A stretch of DNA of 64,000 nucleotides, taken from NCBI GenBank assembly GCA_964057225.1, contig OZ059894.1, positions 23,374,001 to 23,438,000 of the forward strand. The letters run 5' to 3'. Both the position numbers and the translations under genes were made by a program. Positions 1 to 10,736 of the stretch are shown here, one piece after another; position 1 is the first letter of the stretch; each line of letters begins with the position of its first letter. This DNA comes from Auanema rhodensis (taxonomy: Eukaryota; Animalia; Nematoda). The notes beneath the pieces were generated by a model that was not told where the DNA came from, searched no databases, and saw only the letters and a program-made list of their open reading frames with translations.

Positions 1-124
1 ATATTAGTTTAAAAACAAATTTTTATTGATATTGGTTGATGGTAACCATGTCTTTGAAATTTACGTGAACTTTAATTTATGCTAATTAAATGTACACGTG
101 ATGTGCACTTGGTATGTAACTCGC

Positions 125-134
125 TTCACGTGAA
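125..134. other. Perfect 10-bp palindrome TTCACGTGAA with E-box/G-box core CACGTG (monomer pos 125-134); second CACGTG at pos 95-100; example copy
   Basis: Read directly from the sequence; protein binding is not demonstrated. Confidence 0.85.
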
Positions 135-388
135 AGATAAAGAGATGCGGTTTTCAAAATTAGATTCCCCATGTCCATATTAGTCTAAAAACAAATTTTT
201 ATTGATATTGGTGCATGGTAACCATGACTTTGAAATTTACGTGAACTTTAATTTATGCTAATTAAATGTACACGTGATGTGCACTTGGTATGTAACTCGC
301 TTCACGTGAAAGATAAAGAGATGCGGTTTTCAAAATTAGATTCCCCATGTCCATATTAGTCTAAAAACAAATTTTTATTGATATTGGT

Positions 389-403
389 TCATGGTAACCA
401 TGA
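389..403. other. Interrupted palindrome TCATGGT-A-ACCATGA (monomer pos 37-51; core CATGGTAACCATG in most monomers); example copy
   Basis: Reverse complement of TCATGGT is ACCATGA; contains a BstEII-type GGTNACC site. Confidence 0.9.
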
Positions 404-880
404 CTTTGAAATTTACGTGAACTTTAATTTATGCTAATTAAATGTACACGTGATGTGCACTTGGTATGTAACTCGCTTCACGTGAAAGATAAAGAGATGC
501 GGTTTTCAAAATTAGATTCCCCATGTCCATATTAGTTTAAAAACAAATTTTTATTGATATTGGTGCATGGTAACCATGACTTTGAAATTTACGTGAACTT
601 TAATTTATGCTAATTAAATGTACACGTGATGTGCACTTGGTATGTAACTCGCTTCACGTGAAAGATAAAGAGATGCGGTTTTCAAAATTAGATTCCCCAT
701 GTTCATATTAGTCTAAAAACAAATTTTTATTGATATTGGTTCATGGTAACCATGACTTTGAAATTTACGTGAACTTTAATTTATGCTAATTAAATGTACA
801 CGTGATGTGCACTTGGTATGTAACTCGCTTCACGTGAAAGATAAAGAGATGCGGTTTTCAAAATTAGATTCCCCATGTCC

Positions 881-3800
881 ATATTGGTCTAAAAACAAAT
901 TTTTATTGATATTGGTTCATGGTAACCATGACTTTGAAATTTAAGTGAACTTTAATTTATGCTATTTAAATGTACACGTGATGTGCACTTGGTATGTAAC
1001 TCGCTTCACGTGGAAGATAAAGAGATGCGGTTTTCAAAATTAGATTCCCCATGTCCATATTAGTCTAAAAACAAATTTTTATTGATATTGGTTCATGGTA
1101 ACCATGACTTTGAAATTTACGTGAACTTTAATTTATGCTAATTAAATGTACACGTGATGTGCACTTGGTATGTAACTCGCTTCACGTGAAAGATAAAGAG
1201 ATGCGGTTTTCAAAATTAGATTCCCCATGTCCATATTAGTTTAAAAACAAATTTTTATTGATATTGGTGCATGGTAACCATGACTTTGAAATTTACGTGA
1301 ACTTTAATTTATGCTAATTAAATGTACACGTGATGTGCACTTGGTATGTAACTCGCTTCACGTGAAAGATAAAGAGATGCGGTTTTCAAAATTAGATTCC
1401 CCATGTTCATATTAGTCTAAAAACAAATTTTTATTGATATTGGTTCATGGTAACCATGACTTTGAAATTTACGTGAACTTTAATTTATGCTAATTAAATG
1501 TACACGTGATGTGCACTTGGTATGTAACTCGCTTCACGTGAAAGATAAAGAGATGCGGTTTTCAAAATTAGATTCCCCATGTCCATATTAGTCTAAAAAC
1601 AAATTTTTATTGATATTGGTGCATGGTAACCATGACTTTGAAATTTACGTGAACTTTAATTTATGCTAATTAAATGTACACGTGATGTGCACTTGGTATG
1701 TAACTCGCTTCACGTGAAAGATAAAGAGATGCGGTTTTCAAAATTAGATTCATCATGTCCATATTAGTCTAAAAACAAATTTTTATTGATATTGGTTCAT
1801 GGTAACCATGTCTTTGAAATTTACGTGAACTTTAATTTATGCTAATTAAATGTACACGTGATGTGCACTTGGTATGTAACTCGCTTCACGTGAAAGATAA
1901 AGAGATGCGGTTTTCAAAATTAGATTCCCCATGTCCATATTGGTCTAAAAACAAATTTTAATTGATATTGGTTCATGGTAACCATGACTTTGAAATTTAA
2001 GTGAACTTTAATTTATGCTATTTAAATGTACACGTGATGTGCACTTGGTATGTAACTCGCTTCACGTGAAAGATAAAGAGATGCGGTTTTCAAAATTAGA
2101 TTCCCCATGTCCATATTAGTCTAAAAACAAATTTTTATTGATATTGGTTCATGGTAACCATGACTTTGAAATTTACGTGAACTTTAATTTATGCTAATTA
2201 AATGTACACGTGATGTGCACTTGGTATGTAACTCGCTTCACGTGAAAGATAAAGAGATGCGGTTTTCAAAATTAGATTCCCCATGTCCATATTAGTTTAA
2301 AAACAAATTTTTATTGATATTGGTGCATGGTAACCATGACTTTGAAATTTACGTGAACTTTAATTTATGCTAATTAAATGTACACGTGATGTGCACTTGG
2401 TATGTAACTCGCTTCACGTGAAAGATAAAGAGATGCGGTTTTCAAAATTAGATTCCCCATGTTCATATTAGTCTAAAAACAAATTTTTATTGATATTGGT
2501 TCATGGTAACCATGACTTTGAAATTTACGTGAACTTTAATTTATGCTAATTAAATGTACACGTGATGTGCACTTGGTATGTAACTCGCTTCACGTGAAAG
2601 ATAAAGAGATGCGGTTTTCAAAATTAGATTCCCCATGTCCATATTAGTCTAAAAACAAATTTTTATTGATATTGGTGCATGGTAACCATGACTTTGAAAT
2701 TTACGTGAACTTTAATTTATGCTAATTAAATGTACACGTGATGTGCACTTGGTATGTAACTCGCTTCACGTGAAAGATAAAGAGATGCGGTTTTCAAAAT
2801 TAGATTCCCCATGTCCATATTAGTCTAAAAACAAATTTTTATTGATATTGGTTCATGGTAACCATGTCTTTGAAATTTACGTGAACTTTAATTTATGCTA
2901 ATTAAATGTACACGTGATGTGCACTTGGTATGTAACTCGCTTCACGTGAAAGATAAAGAGATGCGGTTTTCAAAATTAGATTCCCCATGTCCATATTGGT
3001 CTAAAAACAAATTTTTATTGATATTGGTTCATGGTAACCATGACTTTGAAATTTACGTGAACTTTAATTTATGCTAATTAAATGTACACGTGATGTGCAC
3101 TTGGTATGTAACTCGCTTCACGTGAAAGATAAAGAGATGCGGTTTTCAAAATTAGATTCCCCATGTCCATATTAGTTTAAAAACAAATTTTTATTGATAT
3201 TGGTGCATGGTAACCATGACTTTGAAATTTACGTGAACTTTAATTTATGCTAATTAAATGTACACGTGATGTGCACTTGGTATGTAACTCGCTTCACGTG
3301 AAAGATAAAGAGATGCGGTTTTCAAAATTAGATTCTCCATGTTCATATTAGTCTAAAAACAAATTTTTATTGATATTGGTTCATGGTAACCATGACTTTG
3401 AAATTTACGTGAACTTTAATTTATGCTAATTAAATGTACACGTGATGTGCACTTGGTATGTAACTCGCTTCACGTGAAAGATAAAGAGATGCGGTTTTCA
3501 AAATTAGATTCCCCATGTCCATATTAGTCTAAAAACAAATTTTTATTGATATTGGTGCATGGTAACCATGACTTTGAAATTTACGTGAACTTTAATTTAT
3601 GCTAATTAAATGTACACGTGATGTGCACTTGGTATGTAACTCGCTTCACGTGAAAGATAAAGAGATGCGGTTTTCAAAATTAGATTCATCATGTCCATAT
3701 TAGTCTAAAAACAAATTTTTATTGATATTGGTTCATGGTAACCATGTCTTTGAAATTTACGTGAACTTTAATTTATGCTAATTAAATGTACACGTGATGT

Positions 3801-4048
3801 GCACTTGGTATGTAACTCGCTTCACGTGAAAGATAAAGAGATGCGGTTTTCAAAATTAGATTCCCCATGTCCATATTGGTCTAAAAACAAATTTTTATTG
3901 ATATTGGTTCATGGTAACCATGACTTTGAAATTTAAGTGAACTTTAATTTATGCTATTTAAATGTACACGTGATGTGCACTTGGTATGTAACTCGCTTCA
4001 CGTGAAAGATAAAGAGATGCGGTTTTCAAAATTAGATTCCCCATGTCC
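881..4048. repeat. Local ~6-monomer higher-order repeat (1056 bp; last unit 5 monomers)
   Basis: Marker A6G (ATATTGG) at 886, 1942, 2998, 3878 (spacing 1056, 1056, 880), with the same order of T9/G37/C175T and T51 monomers between. Confidence 0.8.
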
Positions 4049-7000
4049 ATATTAGTCTAAAAACAAATTTTTATTGATATTGGTTCATGGTAACCATGAC
4101 TTTGAAACATACGTGAACTTTAATTTATGCTAATTAAATGTACACGTGATGTGCCCTTGGTATGTAACTCGCTTCACGTGAAAGATAAAGAGATGCGGTT
4201 TTCAAAATTAGATTCCCCATGTCCATATTAGTCTAAAAACAAATTTTTATTGATATTGGTGCATGGTAACCATGACTTTGAAATTTACGTGAACTTTAAT
4301 TTATGCTAATTAAATGTACACGTGATGTGCACTTGGTATGTAACTCGCTTCACGTGAAAGATAAAGAGATGCGGTTTTCAAAATTAGATTCCCCATGTCC
4401 ATATTAGTCTAAAAACAAATTTTTATTGATATTGGTTCATGGTAACCATGACTTTGAAATTTACGTGAACTTTAATTTATGCTAATTAAATGTACACGTG
4501 ATGTGCACTTGGTATGTAACTCGCTTCACGTGAAAGATAAAGAGATGCGGTTTTCAAAATTAGATTCCCCATGTCCATATTAGTCTAAAAACAAATTTTT
4601 ATTGATATTGGTTCATGGTAACCATGACTTTGAAATTTACGTGAACTTTAATTTATGCTAATTAAATGTACACGTGATGTGCACTTGGTATGTAACTCGC
4701 TTCACGTGAAAGATAAAGAGATGCGGTTTTCAAAATTAGATTCCCCATGTCCATATTAGTTTAAAAACAAATTTTTATTGATATTGGTGCATGGTAACCA
4801 TGACTTTGAAATTTACGTGAACTTTAATTTATGCTAATTAAATGTACACGTGATGTGCACTTGGTATGTAACTCGCTTCACGTGAAAGATAAAGAGATGC
4901 GGTTTTCAAAATTAGATTCCCCATGTTCATATTAGTCTAAAAACAAATTTTTATTGATATTGGTTCATGGTAACCATGACTTTGAAATTTACGTGAACTT
5001 TAATTTATGCTAATTAAATGTACACGTGATGTGCACTTGGTATGTAACTCGCTTCACGTGAAAGATAAAGAGATGCGGTTTTCAAAATTAGATTCCCCAT
5101 GTCCATATTAGTCTAAAAACAAATTTTTATTGATATTGGTGCATGGTAACCATGACTTTGAAATTTACGTGAACTTTAATTTATGCTAATTAAATGTACA
5201 CGTGATGTGCACTTGGTATGTAACTCGCTTCACGTGAAAGATAAAGAGATGCGGTTTTCAAAATTAGATTTCCCATGTCCATATTAGTCTAAAAACAAAT
5301 TTTTATTGATATTGGTTCATGGTAACCATGACTTTGAAATTTACGTGAACTTTAATTTATGCTAATTAAATGTACACGTGATGTGCACTTGGTATGTAAC
5401 TCGCTTCACGTGAAAGATAAAGAGATGCGGTTTTCAAAATTAGATTCCCCATGTCCATATTAGTTTAAAAACAAATTTTTATTGATATTGGTTGATGGTA
5501 ACCATGTCTTTGAAATTTACGTGAACTTTAATTTATGCTAATTAAATGTACACGTGATGTGCACTTGGTATGTAACTCGCTTCACGTGAAAGATAAAGAG
5601 ATGCGGTTTTCAAAATTAGATTCCCCATGTCCATATTAGTTTAAAAACAAATTTTTATTGATATTGGTGCATGGTAACCATGACTTTGAAATTTACGTGA
5701 ACTTTAATTTATGCTAATTAAATGTACACGTGATGTGCACTTGGTATGTAACTCGCTTCACGTGAAAGATAAAGAGATGCGGTTTTCAAAATTAGATTCC
5801 CCATGTCCATATGAGTCTAAAAACAAATTTTTATTGATATTGGTGCATGGTAACCATGACTTTGAAATTTACGTGAACTTTAATTTATGCTAATTAAATG
5901 TACACGTGATGTGCACTTGGTATGTAACTCGCTTCACGTGAAAGATAAAGAGATGCGGTTTTCAAAATTAGATTCCCCATGTCCATATGAGTCTAAAAAC
6001 AAATTTTTATTGATATTGGTGCATGGTAACCATGACTTTGAAATTTACGTGAACTTTAATTTATGCTAATTAAATGTACACGTGATGTGCACTTGGTATG
6101 TAACTCGCTTCACGTGAAAGATAAAGAGATGCGGTTTTCAAAATTAGATTCCTCATGTCCATATGAGTCTAAAAACAAATTTTTATTGATATTGGTTCAT
6201 GGTAACCATGACTTTGAAATTTACGTGAACTTTAATTTATGCTAATTAAATGTACACGTGATGTGCACTTGGTATGTAACTCGCTTCACGTGAAAGATAA
6301 AGAGATGCGGTTTTCAAAATTAGATTCCCCATGTCCATATGAGTCTAAAAACAAATTTTTATTGATATTGGTGCATGGTAACCATGACTTTGAAATTTAC
6401 GTGAACTTTAATTTATGCTAATTAAATGTACACGTGATGTGCACTTGGTATGTAACTCGCTTCACGTGAAAGATAAAGAGATGCGGTTTTCAAAATTAGA
6501 TTTCCCATGTCCATATTAGTCTAAAAACAAATTTTTATTGATATTGGTTCATGGTAACCATGACTTTGAAATTTACGTGAACTTTAATTTATGCTAATTA
6601 AATGTACACGTGATGTGCACTTGGTATGTAACTCGCTTCACGTGAAAGATAAAGAGATGCGGTTTTCAAAATTAGATTCCCCATGTCCATATTAGTTTAA
6701 AAACAAATTTTCATTGATATTGGTTGATGGTAACCATGTCTTTGAAATTTACGTGAACTTTAATTTATGCTAATTAAATGTACACGTGATGTGCACTTGG
6801 TATGTAACTCGCTTCACGTGAAAGATAAAGAGATGCGATTTTCAAAATTAGATTCCCCATGTCCATATTAGTCTAAAAACAAATTTTTATTGATATTGGT
6901 GCATGGTAACCATGACTTTGAAATTTACGTGAACTTTAATTTATGCTAATTAAATGTACACGGGATGTGCACTTGGTATGTAACTCGCTTCACGTGAAAG

Positions 7001-9680
7001 ATAAAGAGATGCGGTTTTCAAAATTAGATTCCTCATGTCCATATTAGTCTAAAAACAAATTTTTATTGATATTGGTTCATGGTAACCATGACTTTGAAAT
7101 TTACGTGAACTTTAATTTATGCTAATTAAATGTACACGTGATGTGCACTTGGTATGTAACTCGCTTCACGTGAAAGATAAAGAGATGCGGTTTTCAAAAT
7201 TAGATTCCCCATGTCCATATTAGTTCAAAAACAAATTTTTATTGATATTGGTGCATGGTAACCATGACTTTGAAATTTACGTGATTTTTGATTTATGCTA
7301 ATTAAATGTACACGTGATGTGCACTTGGTATGTAACTCGCTTCACGTGAAAGATAAAGAGATGCGGTTTTCAAAATTAGATTCCTCATGTCCATATTAGT
7401 TTAAAAACAAATTTTTATTGATATTGGTTGATGGTAACCATGTCTTTGAAATTTACGTGAACTTTAATTTATGCTAATTAAATGTACACGTGATGTGCAC
7501 TTGGTATGTAACTCGCTTCACGTGAAAGATAAAGAGATGCGGTTTTCAAAATTAGATTCCACATGTCCATATTAGTCTAAAAACAAATTTTTATTGATAT
7601 TGGTTCATGGTAACCATGTCTTTGAAATTTACGTGAACTTTAATTTATGCTAATTAAATGTACACGTGATGTGCACTTGGTATGTAACTCGCTTCACGTG
7701 AAAGATAAAGAGATGCGGTTTTCAAAATTAGATTCCCCATGTCCATATTGGTCTAAAAACAAATTTTTATTGATATTGGTTCATGGTAACCATGACTTTG
7801 AAATTTAAGTGAACTTTAATTTATGCTATTTAAATGTACACGTGATGTGCACTTGGTATGTAACTCGCTTCACGTGAAAGATAAAGAGATGCGGTTTTCA
7901 AAATTAGATTCCCCATGTCCATATTAGTCTAAAAACAAATTTTTATTGATATTGGTTCATGGTAACCATGACTTTGAAACTTACGTGAACTTTAATTTAT
8001 GCTAATTAAATGTACACGTGATGTGCACTTGGTATGTAACTCGCTTCACGTGAAAGATAAAGAGATGCGGTTTTCAAAATTAGATTCCCCATGTCCATAT
8101 TAGTCTAAAAACAAATTTTTATTGATATTGGTGCATGGTAACCATGACTTTGAAATTTACGTGAACTTTAATTTATGCTAATTAAATGTACACGTGATGT
8201 GCACTTGGTATGTAACTCGCTTCACGTGAAAGATAAAGAGATGCGGTTTTCAAAATTAGATTCCCCATGTCCATATTAGTCTAAAAACAAATTTTTATTG
8301 ATATTGGTTCATGGTAACCATGACTTTGAAATTTACGTGAACTTTAATTTATGCTAATTAAATGTACACGTGATGTGCACTTGGTATGTAACTCGCTTCA
8401 CGTGAAAGATAAAGAGATGCGGTTTTCAAAATTAGATTCCCCATGTCCATATTAGTCTAAAAACAAATTTTTATTGATATTGGTTCATGGTAACCATGAC
8501 TTTGAAATTTACGTGAACTTTAATTTATGCTAATTAAATGTACACGTGATGTGCACTTGGTATGTAACTCGCTTCACGTGAAAGATAAAGAGATGCGGTT
8601 TTCAAAATTAGTTTCCCCATGTCCATATTAGTTTAAAAACAAATTTTTATTGATATTGGTGCATGGTAACCATGACTTTGAAATTTACGTGAACTTTAAT
8701 TTATGCTAATTAAATGTACACGTGATGTGCACTTGGTATGTAACTCGCTTCACGTGAAAGATAAAGAGATGCGGTTTTCAAAATTAGATTCCCCATGTTC
8801 ATATTAGTCTAAAAACAAATTTTCATTGATATTGGTTCATGGTAACCATGACTTTGAAATTTACGTGAACTTTAATTTATGCTAATTAAATGTACACGTG
8901 ATGTGCACTTGGTATGTAACTCGCTTCACGTGAAAGATAAAGAGATGCGGTTTTCAAAATTAGATTCCCCATGTCCATATTAGTCTAAAAACAAATTTTT
9001 ATTGATATTGGTGCATGGTAACCATGACTTTGAAATTTACGTGAACTTTAATTTATGCTAATTAAATGTACACGTGATGTGCACTTGGTATGTAACTCGC
9101 TTCACGTGAAAGATAAAGAGATGCGGTTTTCAAAATTAGATTTCCCATGTCCATATTAGTCTAAAAACAAATTTTTATTGATATTGGTTCATGGTAACCA
9201 TGACTTTGAAATTTACGTGAACTTTAATTTATGCTAATTAAATGTACACGTGATGTGCACTTGGTATGTAACTCGCTTCACGTGAAAGATAAAGAGATGC
9301 GGTTTTCAAAATTAGATTCCCCATGTCCATATTAGTTTAAAAACAAATTTTTATTGATATTGGTTGATGGTAACCATGTCTTTGAAATTTACGTGAACTT
9401 TAATTTATGCTAATTAAATGTACACGTGATGTGCACTTGGTATGTAACTCGCTTCACGTGAAAGATAAAGAGATGCGGTTTTCAAAATTAGATTCCCCAT
9501 GTCCATATTAGTTTAAAAACAAATTTTTATTGATATTGGTGCATGGTAACCATGACTTTGAAATTTACGTGAACTTTAATTTATGCTAATTAAATGTACA
9601 CGTGATGTGCACTTGGTATGTAACTCGCTTCACGTGAAAGATAAAGAGATGCGGTTTTCAAAATTAGATTCCCCATGTTC
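3697..9680. repeat. Block duplication at 22-monomer offset (3872 bp): ~3697-5808 vs ~7569-9680
   Basis: A6G+C64A+A86T monomer at 3873 and 7745, each followed by a T60C monomer and the same downstream order (C167T, then C38G at 5494 and 9366). Confidence 0.75.
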
Positions 9681-10384
9681 ATATTAGTCTAAAAACAAAT
9701 TTTTATTGATATTGGTTCATGGTAACCATGACTTTGAAATTTACGTGAACTTTAATTTATGATAATTAAATGTACACGTGATGTGCACTTGGTATGTAAC
9801 TCGCTTCACGTGAAAGATAAAGAGATGCGGTTTTCAAAATTAGATTCCCCATGTCCATATTAGTCTAAAAACAAATTTTTATTGATATTGGTGCATGGTA
9901 ACCATGACTTTGAAATTTACGTGAACTTTAATTTATGCTAATTAAATGTACACGTGATGTGCACTTGGTATGTAACTCGCTTCACGTGAAAGATAAAGAG
10001 ATGCGGTTTTCAAAATTAGATTTCCCATGTCCATATTAGTCTAAAAACAAATTTTTATTGATATTGGTTCATGGTAACCATGACTTTGAAATTTACGTGA
10101 ACTTTAATTTATGCTAATTAAATGTACACGTGATGTGCACTTGGTATGTAACTCGCTTCACGTGAAAGATAAAGAGATGCGGTTTTCAAAATTAGATTCC
10201 CCATGTCCATATTAGTTTAAAAACAAATTTTTATTGATATTGGTTGATGGTAACCATGTCTTTGAAATTTACGTGAACTTTAATTTATGCTAATTAAATG
10301 TACACGTGATGTGCACTTGGTATGTAACTCGCTTCACGTGAAAGATAAAGAGATGCGGTTTTCAAAATTAGATTCCCCATGTCC
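8625..10384. repeat. 5-monomer higher-order repeat (880 bp) x2; repeated at 27985-29744
   Basis: C38G (TTGAT) at 9366 and 10246, and at 28726 and 29606; C175T and C167T markers share the same 880-bp spacing. Confidence 0.8.
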
Positions 10385-10736
10385 ATATTAGTCTAAAAAC
10401 AAATTTTTATTGATATTGGTGCATGGTAACCATGACTTTGAAATTTACGTGAACTTTAATTTATGCTAATTAAATGTACACGTGATGTGCACTTGGTATG
10501 TAACTCGCTTCACGTGAAAGATAAAGAGATGCGGTTTTCAAAATTAGATTCCCCATGTCCATATTAGTTCAAAAACAAATTTTTATTGATATTGGTGCAT
10601 GGTAACCATGACTTTGAAATTTACGTGATTTTTGATTTATGCTAATTAAATGTACACGTGATGTGCACTTGGTATGTAACTCGCTTCACGTGAAAGATAA
10701 AGAGATGCGGTTTTCAAAATTAGATTCCCCATGTCC

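Noticed and set aside
37-51. T51 never seen with G37, and the T/G pattern at pos 37 as a possible code
   Set aside because: Sites 14 bp apart are expected to be linked by descent, and the T/G order is explained by the block duplications.
119-135. CENP-B box-like motif (ACTCGCTTCACGTGAAA)
   Set aside because: Only 5 of the 9 essential bases of NTTCGNNNNANNCGGGN match (6 with C120T); the CGGG half is absent.
1-176. Tandem RNA gene array (5S rRNA, tRNA, snRNA, spliced leader)
   Set aside because: No recognisable 5S, tRNA cloverleaf, Pol III A/B/C boxes or snRNA sequence at 32% GC; an Rfam/Infernal search would be the formal test.
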